From NCBI GenBank assembly GCA_043779265.1, contig JAYWEM010000180.1, positions 1-32,267 on the forward strand: 32,267 nucleotides of DNA, read 5' to 3'. The stretch's first letter is position 1. The number at the start of each line of letters is the position of its first letter. Source of the DNA: a bacterium (GTDB taxonomy: Bacteria; Eisenbacteria; RBG-16-71-46). The notes under the pieces are model-generated. The model made no database searches. It saw nothing but the letters and a program-made list of their open reading frames with translations, and was not told the DNA's origin. The position numbers and the translations under genes were made by a program. Positions 1-9,430 of the stretch are shown in pieces.

Positions 1-120
1 ACCGGATACGGCGGTGCGGAGGAGGGCGCGACCGGGGTTCTCCCTCAGCGTGTGCACAGCAGTCTGCCCGATGCGGTGCGCTGGTTCCTCGACCGAGAGG
101 AAGCGCGCGTCATCGGCTGA
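1..120 (+). CDS. Partial CDS (C-terminus), probable HAD-IIIA phosphatase, GmhB-like (heptose-1,7-bisphosphate phosphatase)
   Basis: Frame 1 reads TGYGGAEEGATGVLPQRVHSSLPDAVRWFLDREEARVIG-stop (TGA 118-120). TGYG...P..v..sL.dAv.w.l resembles the C-terminus of GmhB-family HAD hydrolases. Only 39 codons are visible. Confidence 0.5.
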   Translation, partial: TGYGGAEEGATGVLPQRVHSSLPDAVRWFLDREEARVIG

Positions 121-126
121 AGCGCC

Positions 127-1212
127 TCAGAGGGGCTTCAGCGCGAGCTCGTAGGACCGGCCAGCCTCATTCACGCGATACTGGATCGCGTAGCCCGGGA
201 TCTCCACCTGGGCGGGATGCACCCAGTCCTCGCTGACCAGGGCATTCAGTTCGCCCGGGTACTGACCGCGCTCGCGCTCATAGAGATCGAGTGCGAAGCG
301 GATATCGCGCAACTGTGCGGCCGCATACACGTCGTGCTGCTGCGCGGGTCTCGCACTCAGGTGGAGCTGGCCACTGACCGTGCGCATGCCGAACAGCACG
401 GCGAGGAACGAGGCGCCGACGAGCAACTCGCGCCACCAGGTCCGCGGGCCGCTCGCGCGTGGTGAGGCTGCCTGCGCGACTCGGGGTTCCGGCGTGAGGC
501 CCGGATCCTGGCGACCGACGACCTCGACCCACTTCGAGTCCAGCATGCGGAACAGGGCTTCGTAGCCTTCGTACTCACTCAAGGGCGCGCGCTCGACGAT
601 CTGGGCGACCGTGTGCTGGCCGTCGATGATGCCGAACAGATCGCGCTCCTCCTCCGACAGCGGCTCATCCGGGTCGGGCAGATCGCGGACGCCGAGCAGC
701 TGATAGGGGTCCTTGAACACCTGGAGATAGCGCTTCTGCTCGTCGCCGCGGCGAGCGGCCTCGATCATCGCGCCTTCCATGCTGATCAGGACGAGCGGCG
801 TGTTCGGCCACTTGGTGTTCGGGTCGAACCGGTAGGTGCCGTTCTCCCATCGAACGATCTGCATCAGGTCATCGAGGATCTGACGCTCGATGAACATGGC
901 GAGTTCCTGGGAGTCGAGGTAGCGGCCATTGAGCAGCAGGTCCTCGAGGTCGCGGCCCGATTCCTTCTGGATCGTCACGAGGCCCCGGTGCTGCTCATCG
1001 GAGAGCCGGTGCGTCGCGAGGAGGAAGCGAAGCAGCGGATCATCCTTGGTCATCCCCGGCGGCCGCGTGGCGACGATGCGGCCCTCGTGGATCCAGACCA
1101 TGGAGCGTTCGGTGTTCCACTCGAGCATCAGGCAGCCGGACTTCTTCTGCCCACCCACCAACTGGAGGATCTCGCTCGCCGAGAAGTCACGGAGATTGCC
1201 TTGCAGGGCCAT
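127..1212 (-). CDS. DUF4388 (PatA_N-like) domain membrane protein with C-terminal GspG/pilin-like segment
   Basis: N-terminus MALQGNLRDFSASEILQLVGGQKKSGCL...W..G.Y.F matches the DUF4388 pattern. It is followed by a winged-helix-like IDGQHTVAQIV, one TM segment (ELLVGASFLAVLFGM) and LRDIRFALDLYERERGQYPGELNAL. GGAGG RBS lies upstream on the minus strand. Confidence 0.8.
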   Translation of the reverse strand: MALQGNLRDFSASEILQLVGGQKKSGCLMLEWNTERSMVWIHEGRIVATRPPGMTKDDPLLRFLLATHRLSDEQHRGLVTIQKESGRDLEDLLLNGRYLDSQELAMFIERQILDDLMQIVRWENGTYRFDPNTKWPNTPLVLISMEGAMIEAARRGDEQKRYLQVFKDPYQLLGVRDLPDPDEPLSEEERDLFGIIDGQHTVAQIVERAPLSEYEGYEALFRMLDSKWVEVVGRQDPGLTPEPRVAQAASPRASGPRTWWRELLVGASFLAVLFGMRTVSGQLHLSARPAQQHDVYAAAQLRDIRFALDLYERERGQYPGELNALVSEDWVHPAQVEIPGYAIQYRVNEAGRSYELALKPL

Positions 1213-1221
1213 GGTCGCCTC

Positions 1222-3291
1222 CTACGCCGCGTTCGACAGCCGGTGAGAGGCCTGCGTGAAGCGACCACGCTGGGCCGAAGCGAACTGCGCTTCGCGAGCG
1301 CGTTCCTGCCCGACCTGATGGAAGTAGCCGAGCAGCGACCACGCTTGGACGAGCACGAGGACGCCGACGAGCAGCAGGGTCGGGACCTCGTGCCCCGGCA
1401 GCCACAGGCGAGCTTCGGCGGCGAACGGCGCCCCGATTCCGGTCCAGACGCGCGCGACCAGCCAGGTCAGCATCAGCAGGATGATCGGGCTGATGATGCG
1501 ACGGTAGGCGAGCAGGCCGTATCCCGGGATCAGCGTCGCGAGGGCGGTGCGCACCCAGTGGCTCCGCTGCTGCATGCGAGTGCGGTGCTGCAACAGCAGC
1601 ACGCGCGAGAAGTCGGGCGTCTCCGCCTGGGACTCGAGACGCGAGCAGGCGGGGCACAGCGCGTTCTCGCGGCGACGCGTGGCGCAGCGTCGGCAGGTGA
1701 CGCGGCCGCAGTTGCCGCAGGGGCGAAGTGGGAGGCGACGATTCTGCATGCGACCCAAAGCGAATGAGCTCAGCGTCAGGATGACCGCAGCCACGCTGAA
1801 CGGCCAGCCGGTGGTCTCGATGGGACCGCGCAATCCGACCGGAAGCGATCCCTGCGTGCTCGGGTCGAGCGGGGCCTTCCACAGCGCTGTCCAGAACCGA
1901 TCGGGCGACAGCCACTGGTCGGCGAGGACCAGGAGCCCGTCCTCGGTGGTCTGCGCCTGGTAGTGCTTGACCAGCTCGAAGTCGAGGGCCGACGCGTGTT
2001 CGAGCGACTCATTGGCGCGCTGGTAGTCCAGCCGCTGGGTGTAGAGCTGGCTGGCGTTGAAGTGCGCCGCGGCGCTTCCTTCGGGAGTCGCGTCGGCTTG
2101 CGCGTAGGTCTGGAGTGCATCCTCGATGCGGCCCTGCATGGCGAGGACGTTGCCCAGGTCGGTCAGGACTCGCGGGTCGTTCTCCCAGATCTCGAGCGTG
2201 CGCCGATAGGACTTCTCCGCCGTGGCGAGATCCCCGCCTTGGCGAGCCGACCAACCGAGGCCGAAGTGGACGAACGCGTTGTCGGGCTCGCTCGCCGCCA
2301 ATCGCCTGAGCTGATCGAGGCGCTCAGGACGGAAGGTCGCGTTCTCCAACGCAGCGACGCCGTGGAACGGAGCGGCATTCTCATTCATCGGCAGGGCGTA
2401 GCGTTCGACCGTCCGCAGCGCGAGTGGCGTTGCGAGGACCGCGATGAACAGGCTCGCGAACAGCACGCGTTCGCGGATGCGCAGCTGCGGGCCGAGATAT
2501 CCGAGCGACATCAGAGCGGGCAGGGTGAGCCCGAAGCCCGCGAGAAACGGCAGCATGAGCAGCAGCGGCGCCCAGAACGGGGCGCTTGCGGCGTGCGCGT
2601 AGTGCGCGAGCCATTCCTGCCAGCCATGCACGAGTTCCTGACGGCGGAGCCAGACGATGATGAGCGCTGCGGTCAATAATCCCAGGAACAGCGCCTGCAG
2701 CAGCAGGATCGTGGCGTTGGCAGCGAGGTCGAGCTGGAGGCTGAAGTTACGCCGCAGGAGATCGAGCGCCGCGGCGTAGTGGAGCAGGGACTGGCTGGGG
2801 TCCTGGGTGAGCGTCCACGAGGCCAGGGTCAGGTGCGGCTCGAGGAAAGTGGGGTCGAGCGTGGCCGCCGCTCGCACCATGAGCGTCGCCTCCTCGCGAT
2901 GTCCCGATCGCATGAGGATCGTGCCGCGACGATGGAGGAGTCGCGCTTCCTCGGGGAGCGAGGCGAGATGGCGCGCCTGCTTGTAGGCGATCCAGGCCTG
3001 CGGATCTCGCATGTTGCTCGGGGGCGCGATCGAGGTGCCGATCACATCCGAAGCCGCCACGATCGGGGCGTGCTCGATCGCGGGGGCCGCTCGGGCGGTG
3101 GCGGGGACGGGAGCCGGCTCGATCGGAGTCGAAACTGCGGCGACCTCGGACTCGACGGCGAGCGCCGCTCCGGGCGTGACCGGTTCCTCGGCGAGCGCGA
3201 GTGCGCCGATCGTCGCGGTGAGCAGCAACGTCGTCGCGATCCTCAGCCAAGCGAGTCTCGGTGACAGCCCCGCCCGTCGTTCGCGTGCCAT
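1222..3291 (-). CDS. Multi-pass membrane tetratricopeptide-repeat protein with Cys-rich zinc finger
   Basis: N-terminal hydrophobic segment, TPR-like repeats (e.g. [39 protein letters not shown]), several TM helices, and CGNC-x4-CRRC-x9-CPAC. The start is uncertain (ATG 3291 or 3354). Confidence 0.8.
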   Translation of the reverse strand: MARERRAGLSPRLAWLRIATTLLLTATIGALALAEEPVTPGAALAVESEVAAVSTPIEPAPVPATARAAPAIEHAPIVAASDVIGTSIAPPSNMRDPQAWIAYKQARHLASLPEEARLLHRRGTILMRSGHREEATLMVRAAATLDPTFLEPHLTLASWTLTQDPSQSLLHYAAALDLLRRNFSLQLDLAANATILLLQALFLGLLTAALIIVWLRRQELVHGWQEWLAHYAHAASAPFWAPLLLMLPFLAGFGLTLPALMSLGYLGPQLRIRERVLFASLFIAVLATPLALRTVERYALPMNENAAPFHGVAALENATFRPERLDQLRRLAASEPDNAFVHFGLGWSARQGGDLATAEKSYRRTLEIWENDPRVLTDLGNVLAMQGRIEDALQTYAQADATPEGSAAAHFNASQLYTQRLDYQRANESLEHASALDFELVKHYQAQTTEDGLLVLADQWLSPDRFWTALWKAPLDPSTQGSLPVGLRGPIETTGWPFSVAAVILTLSSFALGRMQNRRLPLRPCGNCGRVTCRRCATRRRENALCPACSRLESQAETPDFSRVLLLQHRTRMQQRSHWVRTALATLIPGYGLLAYRRIISPIILLMLTWLVARVWTGIGAPFAAEARLWLPGHEVPTLLLVGVLVLVQAWSLLGYFHQVGQERAREAQFASAQRGRFTQASHRLSNAA

Positions 3292-3358
3292 CCAAGGCAC
3301 GACGACCGATCCGGGGGAGACGTTCTTGAGTCGGGGCAGGTCCGTCCGTCGCATTCCC

Positions 3359-3388
3359 TTGACACTCCCGTTGGAGCACTCCTACCGT
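3359..3388 (+). promoter_or_regulatory. Putative sigma70-type promoter for asnS
   Basis: TTGACA (3359-3364), 18 nt spacer, TACCGT (3383-3388), in the divergent intergenic region upstream of asnS. Confidence 0.5.
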
Positions 3389-3526
3389 GCAGGTGTTCCG
3401 CCGCGGGTATCGGCGGTCTCCCGTGCCGGCTTGACGTCCGATTCGCGCCCCAGGCGCTTGCGCCGGGGCGTTCTTCATGAGGTCCGGCGGCGCCCACCGC
3501 CCCCGCGGCCCAGGAGCCCAGAACCC

Positions 3527-4846
3527 ATGAGTGAGCCCGTTCCGACCTTGGAAGCCCGCTGGATCCGCATCTCCGAGGCGCCCGAGGCGATCGGCGAGGT
3601 CGTGGAGATCCGCGGCTGGATCGTGCACCGGCGATCGAGCGGCAAGGTCCAGTTCCTGGTGGTTCGCGACGGCAGCGGCCAGATCCAGTGCGTTGCCGGT
3701 ATCAAGGACCTCCCGCCCGAGCAGTGGGAGGCGAGCCAGGCGCTGACCCAGGAATCCGCGGTCATCCTCCGTGGGGTCATCAAGGCCGACACGCGGCAGG
3801 TGGGCGGGGTCGAGCTCGGGCTCCAATCGCTGCAGGTCGTCTCGCTCGCGCCCGAGTTCCCCATCACGCCGAAGGAACATGGCGTCGAGTTCCTGATGGA
3901 CCACCGACACCTGTGGCTCCGGAGTCCACGGCAGGCGGCCATCCTCCGATTGCGCGCCGAGCTGGTCGCGTCCTTCCGCGACTTCATGGATTCCGAGGGC
4001 TTCACCCTCGTCGATGCGCCGATGTTCACGCCGAGTGCCTGTGAGGGCACGACGACACTGTTCGAAGTGCAGTACTTCGACGACAAGGCCTATCTCAGCC
4101 AGAGCGGCCAGCTGTACATGGAAGCCGCGGCGATGGCGCTCGGGAAGGTCTACTGCTTCGGACCCGCGTTCCGCGCCGAGAAGTCCAAGACGAGACGGCA
4201 TCTCATCGAGTTCTGGATGATGGAGCCCGAGTGGGCGTTCGCCACGCTCGAGGATGTCATCGCCCTCGAGGAGCGGCTGCTGCTCTCGTGTGTGGCACGC
4301 CTGCTGGATCGTCGGCGCGAGGAGTTCAAGATCCTCGAGCGTGACACCACCATCCTCGAGCGGATGAGCGGGCCGTTCCCACGCATCCACTACAACGATG
4401 CGGTGAGAATGCTGCACGAGAAGGGCATGCCATTCGAGCATGGCGCCGACTTCGGTGCGCCGGACGAGACCGAGATCTCGAGCCGATTCGACACACCCAT
4501 CTTCGTCACGAACTATCCGGCGAAGGTGAAGGCCTTCTACATGGAGCCCGATCCGGCCGATCCTGCGCTGTGCCTGTCGTGCGACTGCCTCGCCCCGGAG
4601 GGCTATGGCGAGATCATCGGGGGAGGGCAGCGCATGGCCTCGCTCGAACTCCTCACGCAGCGAATCGATCAGCACGGTCTGCCGCAAGAGGCGTTCGAGT
4701 GGTACAAGGACCTTCGTCGATTCGGCACGGTGCCCCACTCGGGTTTCGGAATCGGGCTCGAGCGGACCCTGGCCTGGATCGCCGGAATCGAGCACGTGCG
4801 CGAGACCGCCGCATTCCCGCGCATGCTCTACCGGCTCACGCCCTGA
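3527..4846 (+). CDS. asnS: Asparagine--tRNA ligase
   Basis: OB-fold start ([22 protein letters not shown]), [24 protein letters not shown], motif 2 [15 protein letters not shown], motif 3 [19 protein letters not shown] at 3512-3516, ATG 3527. Confidence 0.95.
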   Translation: MSEPVPTLEARWIRISEAPEAIGEVVEIRGWIVHRRSSGKVQFLVVRDGSGQIQCVAGIKDLPPEQWEASQALTQESAVILRGVIKADTRQVGGVELGLQSLQVVSLAPEFPITPKEHGVEFLMDHRHLWLRSPRQAAILRLRAELVASFRDFMDSEGFTLVDAPMFTPSACEGTTTLFEVQYFDDKAYLSQSGQLYMEAAAMALGKVYCFGPAFRAEKSKTRRHLIEFWMMEPEWAFATLEDVIALEERLLLSCVARLLDRRREEFKILERDTTILERMSGPFPRIHYNDAVRMLHEKGMPFEHGADFGAPDETEISSRFDTPIFVTNYPAKVKAFYMEPDPADPALCLSCDCLAPEGYGEIIGGGQRMASLELLTQRIDQHGLPQEAFEWYKDLRRFGTVPHSGFGIGLERTLAWIAGIEHVRETAAFPRMLYRLTP

Positions 4847-4957
4847 GCCGGAAGGTCGGAGCGAACGTGACAGCCTCTGGACCTGCCCGGAAGAAGGCCA
4901 TCGCCGCGATCGCGACGATCGATGTGGTTTCAGCGTCCGGAAGTCGCAAGTCCGTGA

Positions 4958-4987
4958 TTGACATGGGGAAAGGCCTCCTCCTAGACT
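4958..4987 (+). promoter_or_regulatory. Putative sigma70-type promoter for the PstS-like/TPR/STAS/exb operon
   Basis: TTGACA (4958-4963), 18 nt spacer, TAGACT (4982-4987). It overlaps the candidate start codons of the next CDS, so the two calls partly conflict. Confidence 0.45.
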
Positions 4988-5937
4988 TGCATCACTTCGT
5001 TTTCCGGGCCACTGCGCGGTGCTCCCTCTCGCCGGTCGGGCTCGTGTTCGTGTTGGCCGTGGTCTCACTCTCGGGCTGCACGACCCGCTCCAGCAGCACC
5101 GACGCGGTGGAAGATTCCCAGATCAGCGGGCGTATACGTATCGCTGCGGGAAGCGAGCTCATGCCGCTCATGCGTCAGGAGACCCAGATGTTCTCGACCA
5201 CCTATCCGAAAGCCGATTTCGAGCTCTCCGAGCTGCCGTCTCCGCAGGCGGTGGCGGAGCTGTTCGGCGGGCGTGCCGATCTGATCGCGCTGCCTCGGCT
5301 GCTGGCCGCTGCCGAACGCTCGGCAGCTTCGAGCGCGGGGATCGAACTCGAGGGTTACCTGGTCGGGCGCTCCGCGCTCGTCGCGATCGTCCATGAGTCG
5401 AACCCGGTCCAGAATGTCTCGCGATTCGAGCTGCAGCGCATGCTGAACGGCGGCCTCACGCGCTGGTCGGAGATCGGGGGCGGCGATTCGCGCATCGTCC
5501 CCGTCCTGCCGCCGCTCGATGGGGAGACCTCGCTCTCGGTGGCGCACCAACTCCTCGATAGCGCGAGCATCGCCGTGCCGACTCGCGTGGTCACGTCGGA
5601 TTCGGCGGTTGTCAAGAGCGTGCGCACGGATCGACACGCCATCGGTTTCGTGGACATCTCGGCGCTGCCTGCCGCGGGCGTCCGCGCCCTCAAGGTGGCG
5701 GCTCTCGACGGACTGACCTACGTCCGCCCTGATGCGGAGACCATCTACGATGGTCGCTATCCGCTGAACCGTCCCATCCACCTGTACATGCGGACCGCCG
5801 GGCCGCGACTGGCCGGCGGATTCATCACTTTCGTCACCAGCGGCGACGGCCAGCGCCTGCTGCATGAGGCCGGCTTCGTCCCGACCGCGATCCCCGTCCG
5901 TTTCGTCCGTCGTTCCCCGCTACAGAGCAGTCATTGA
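4963..5937 (+). CDS. PstS-like (PBP type 2) substrate-binding lipoprotein
   Basis: Lipobox VVSLSG-C; ALVAIVHESNPVQNVS, W(S)EIGG, AIGFV, IYDGRYPLNRPIHLY, FITFVTSGDGQ are PstS/PBP_like_2 motifs. The start is uncertain (GTG 4867, ATG 4963, TTG 4987 or GTG 5044). Confidence 0.8.
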   Translation: MGKGLLLDLHHFVFRATARCSLSPVGLVFVLAVVSLSGCTTRSSSTDAVEDSQISGRIRIAAGSELMPLMRQETQMFSTTYPKADFELSELPSPQAVAELFGGRADLIALPRLLAAAERSAASSAGIELEGYLVGRSALVAIVHESNPVQNVSRFELQRMLNGGLTRWSEIGGGDSRIVPVLPPLDGETSLSVAHQLLDSASIAVPTRVVTSDSAVVKSVRTDRHAIGFVDISALPAAGVRALKVAALDGLTYVRPDAETIYDGRYPLNRPIHLYMRTAGPRLAGGFITFVTSGDGQRLLHEAGFVPTAIPVRFVRRSPLQSSH

Positions 5938-5954
5938 GGAGTGAGCCCCAGACC

Positions 5955-7724
5955 ATGAACCTCCCGACCCGGATCCTCCGCACCCTCGTGATCCCCGCGG
6001 TGGTCGCCGCAGCGGCGCTGAGCGCGTCCGCGGTGAGCGCCGATGACCTCAAGGATGGCCGGACCGCGTTCGCGGCCGGCGAGTTCGACCGTGCGGTCGC
6101 GGCCTATGAGAAGGCAGCGGCACAGGGCTACGCCGAGGGCCGCGCCGGCATCGGCATGGTGCACCTGCGCCGTCGGCAACTCGACAAGGCACTCGAGCAG
6201 TTCGACCTCGCGCAGCGCATGGACGCCAATCACCCGATGTCGTGGTACGGACAGGGTGAGGTGCTGCGCCGCCGAGACGACTGCGTGAACGCCGTCCCCA
6301 AGCTCCAGCGCGCAGTCGAACTCGATCGCAAGTACCCCGAGGCCCAGTTGGCGTTCGGCAACTGTCTCGTTGCGCTCGGCAGGCATGCGGACGCCGTGAA
6401 GGCGCTCGAGCCCGGTACCAACTGGGGGACGAAGGTGCGGCCGCGGTTCCTGATCGCATTGGGCGACGCCGAACTCTCACGCGACTCGCTGCGGGACGCC
6501 GGCATCTACTACACGCGCGCGCAGCAGGAAGCGCCTGATGATCCAGCGACGAACCGCGCGCTCGGCGAGTTCTACGTCAAGCGCAACATCGGTTCGCTCG
6601 CGGTGCAGTACCTCGAGAAAGCGGTGGAGCTCGATCCCAAGGATGTCGAGCTGCGCTACGCCCTCGGTCAGGGCTTCTATTACGCGCAGCGCTACAATGA
6701 GGCGCTCGAACAGTACAAGCAGGTCGCCGAGGAGGATCCGGAGTTCGCCCCGGGTCAGTACGCCCTCGGGTACCTCTACTACCTCTCGGGGCAGGCGGAT
6801 CCTCGCCGCTACGCTGACGCCAAGCCCTATCTCGAGAAGTACACGAAGATGAGCCCCAAGGATGGCAAGGGGTGGAGCGCGCTCGGACGGACCCTGTTCT
6901 TCCTCAAGGACCGCGATGGCGCCACCGCCGCGCTGCTGACCGCGCAGAGCCTGGGCGATAAGTCCAAGGAGATGTACCGGCTGCTGGCTCGGACCTACGT
7001 GGAGAAGCGCGAGTGGCAGGCTGCCCTCGCGGCTTATGCCAACGCCGATCTGGAATCCTCGGACCTGTTCAGGATCGCCCAGGTCCACGCGATTCTGGGC
7101 GATATCGTCCGGGCCGACTCGGTCTATGCCCAGATGGTCGACAAGGACCCGTCCTCGGGGGAGGCCAAAGTGGCCCTGGTCGAGTGGGGCAAGCTCAAGT
7201 ATCGCCAGAAGGACCACGCGGGCGCGATCGCTGCGTTCCAGAAGCGGAACGCGCTTGACCCGCCGAGCGATGAGGCCTTTTACTACACCGGCTTGGCCTA
7301 CTTGGAGCTGAAGCAGTCGCCGGAAGCCATCGCAGCGCTCCGCCGAGCCACGGAGATCGCCCCGGACAAGGGGGACCGACACCTGTGGCTGGCCATGGCG
7401 CTCATGCGGGCGGACTCCACCGACGTCGCCGAGGTCTCATTCCAACGGTCGGTCGAGTTGGATTCGACGAGCAAGAACGCGGCACTCGGCTTCCAGCAGA
7501 TCGGCTACCGCCAGTTGCTTCGCAAGGACTGGCCGGGCGCCGTGACCACGTTGGAGAAGGCGTCTGCAATCGATCCTGCCAGCGTCCAGACGCTGGTCTG
7601 GCTTGCGCAGGCTCATCAGAATGCAGGCAACAAATCACAGGCGATCGACTACTACCGCAAGGTGATCTCGCTCCAGCCGGGTCAGACCGACGCGGTGAAA
7701 GGTCTCAAGTCCCTCGGGGCATGA
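5955..7724 (+). CDS. Secreted/periplasmic tetratricopeptide-repeat protein (589 aa)
   Basis: Signal peptide MNLPTRILRTLVIPAVVAAAALSASAVSA followed by tandem TPRs throughout (e.g. AVQYLEKAVELDPKDVELRYALG). GAGGAG RBS upstream. Confidence 0.9.
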   Translation: MNLPTRILRTLVIPAVVAAAALSASAVSADDLKDGRTAFAAGEFDRAVAAYEKAAAQGYAEGRAGIGMVHLRRRQLDKALEQFDLAQRMDANHPMSWYGQGEVLRRRDDCVNAVPKLQRAVELDRKYPEAQLAFGNCLVALGRHADAVKALEPGTNWGTKVRPRFLIALGDAELSRDSLRDAGIYYTRAQQEAPDDPATNRALGEFYVKRNIGSLAVQYLEKAVELDPKDVELRYALGQGFYYAQRYNEALEQYKQVAEEDPEFAPGQYALGYLYYLSGQADPRRYADAKPYLEKYTKMSPKDGKGWSALGRTLFFLKDRDGATAALLTAQSLGDKSKEMYRLLARTYVEKREWQAALAAYANADLESSDLFRIAQVHAILGDIVRADSVYAQMVDKDPSSGEAKVALVEWGKLKYRQKDHAGAIAAFQKRNALDPPSDEAFYYTGLAYLELKQSPEAIAALRRATEIAPDKGDRHLWLAMALMRADSTDVAEVSFQRSVELDSTSKNAALGFQQIGYRQLLRKDWPGAVTTLEKASAIDPASVQTLVWLAQAHQNAGNKSQAIDYYRKVISLQPGQTDAVKGLKSLGA

Positions 7725-7779
7725 GACCGTTTCGAGTCCGACCCGACCGTTTCGCGGCGGGTCGTCACGGAGGACCACG

Positions 7780-8136
7780 ATGGCGTCGTTGAAGAGTCGG
7801 CAGGTCGGCTCGATCCACATCCTCGCACCGAAGGGGTATCTGACCGGCGGGGATGAGACGGAGGAGCTCGAGAAGGCGATCAAGACGCTCGGGAACGAGG
7901 GGAACCTCCACCTCATCATCAACCTGAGCGATACGCAGCATCTGAACTCGACGGCGCTGGGCGTGCTCATCCAGGCGCATTCGAGCTATGTCCGTCGCGG
8001 CGGCCAGATGAAGCTCGCGGCTGTGGACAAGCGCATCGAGAATATCTTCGTCATCACGAAGCTGTCGCTGGTGTTCGACGTCTACTCGACCGAGGAGCAG
8101 GCGATCGCCAGCTTCGCGGAACGAGAGTCGGTCTAG
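7780..8136 (+). CDS. STAS-domain anti-sigma factor antagonist (SpoIIAA/RsbV-like)
   Basis: LIINLSDTQHLNSTALGVL with the phosphorylatable Ser position; GGQMKL; IFVITKLSLVFDVY..EEQA. GGAGG RBS. Confidence 0.88.
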   Translation: MASLKSRQVGSIHILAPKGYLTGGDETEELEKAIKTLGNEGNLHLIINLSDTQHLNSTALGVLIQAHSSYVRRGGQMKLAAVDKRIENIFVITKLSLVFDVYSTEEQAIASFAERESV

Positions 8137-8148
8137 GGAGGATTGCGC

Positions 8149-8499
8149 ATGGGAGTCCGTCGCAAAGAGGTCCTCACCATCACCGTTCTCAGTCTCTCCG
8201 GCCGCTTCTTCGGAGACAAGGAGACGGACGAGCTCGAGACGGCTGTGATGGATGAGGCAGCGAAGGGCAACACCAGACTGATCTTGAACATGACGCAGTG
8301 CGAGGTGGTGAACTCGGTTGCACTCGGTGTGCTCATGCGCGGGTATGCCAACTACAAGGGTCGCGAAGGCGAGATCAAGTTGTGCGGTCTCGGCAAGCGC
8401 CTGAAGGATCTGTTCACCATGACCAAGCTGATCATGGTGTTCGACCATCACGATACCGAGGAGGAGGCCCTCGCGGCCTTCACCGCCCCGGCTTCGTGA
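8149..8499 (+). CDS. STAS-domain anti-sigma factor antagonist (second paralog)
   Basis: LILNMTQCEVVNSVALGVL; GEIKLCGL; LFTMTKLIMVFDHHDTEEEA. GGAGG RBS at 8137-8141. Confidence 0.88.
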   Translation: MGVRRKEVLTITVLSLSGRFFGDKETDELETAVMDEAAKGNTRLILNMTQCEVVNSVALGVLMRGYANYKGREGEIKLCGLGKRLKDLFTMTKLIMVFDHHDTEEEALAAFTAPAS

Positions 8500-8539
8500 G
8501 GTGGGGCCGGCGGACCGGGCCGGCAGTCGCAAACATCGC

Positions 8540-8568
8540 TGGAACGTGTCCCGCCGTGGAGCGTTCCA
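8540..8568. promoter_or_regulatory. ECF-sigma-like promoter or palindromic operator upstream of exbB
   Basis: TGGAACG-N15-CGTTCCA perfect inverted repeat, which also reads GGAAC-N16-CGTT on both strands. Confidence 0.4.
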
Positions 8569-8659
8569 TTCCCGTGTCGGTCTCGACCGTCACTTCTGAG
8601 TAGCCCGTTCGGGGTCACCACTTCGGTGCCCCGGATCGTCAACGGAGGATCTTCGTCAC

Positions 8660-9406
8660 ATGAACCGTTATCTGATGCCGCTCGGCTTCATCTCGGTCTT
8701 CGTCGTCTCGTTCCTGATCTGGGCGAACATGCAGCTGTTCATCGGCCACTTCGGCGAGGAGATGAAGAAGGCCGGTCCGCTCGTCGCACTGCTCATCGCG
8801 CTGCTGATCCTGCAGATCGCCTTCGTGCTCGAGCGCCTCTGGAGCCTCAAGAAGGCCGAGGGCACCGGTTCGCTGCCGATGTTCCTGAACAGTGTCCGCA
8901 AGCAGCTCCACGCCGGTGATGTCGATGGAGCCGTGCTGCTGTGCAACAAGCAGAAGGGTTCGGCCGCCAACGTGATGCGCGCCGGCCTCGAGCGCTACCG
9001 CGCACTTCGTTCCGAGAATGCTCCGAAGGAGAAGATCCAGGCCGAGACGCAGGCGGCGATCCAGGAGGCGGCTGGCCTCGAGACGCCGCTGCTCGAGCGC
9101 AACCTGATCGCGATGTCGACGATCGCCTCGATCGGAACGATGGTCGGACTGCTCGGCACCACGGTCGGGATGATCCGTTCGTTCCAGGCGCTGGGCACGA
9201 CGGGCGCGGTCGATGCGAGCGCGCTCGCCACGGGTATCTCCGAGGCGCTCATCAACACCGCCGGCGGTCTGTTCGTCGCCATCCTCGGTATCGTGTTCTA
9301 CAACGTCTTCGTCACGCGCGTCGACAGCTTCAACTACATGATCGACGAGGCGTCCTACGAGGTGCTCCAGCTGCTCACCGCCAAGGCCCATTCGGACGCG
9401 AAGTAG
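8660..9406 (+). CDS. exbB: MotA/TolQ/ExbB proton channel protein
   Basis: IASIGTMVGLLGTTVGMIRSFQAL and GISEALINTAGGLFVAI are the TM2/TM3 signatures; adjacent to exbD/tonB. GGAGG RBS. Confidence 0.92.
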   Translation: MNRYLMPLGFISVFVVSFLIWANMQLFIGHFGEEMKKAGPLVALLIALLILQIAFVLERLWSLKKAEGTGSLPMFLNSVRKQLHAGDVDGAVLLCNKQKGSAANVMRAGLERYRALRSENAPKEKIQAETQAAIQEAAGLETPLLERNLIAMSTIASIGTMVGLLGTTVGMIRSFQALGTTGAVDASALATGISEALINTAGGLFVAILGIVFYNVFVTRVDSFNYMIDEASYEVLQLLTAKAHSDAK

Positions 9407-9430
9407 CGTCGGCCGAAGGGAGCTCGTTCC

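Noticed and set aside
3011..3526. 172-aa N-terminal extension of AsnS in the ORF track
   Set aside because: It overlaps the divergent TPR gene and the promoter region. The RBS and AsnS homology start at ATG 3527.
4847..4957. Three CCGGAAG copies after asnS, suggesting SRP RNA or a repeat element
   Set aside because: The SRP domain IV context (CAGG...GGAAG.AGCAG) is absent, spacing is irregular, and 7-mers recur easily in GC-rich DNA.
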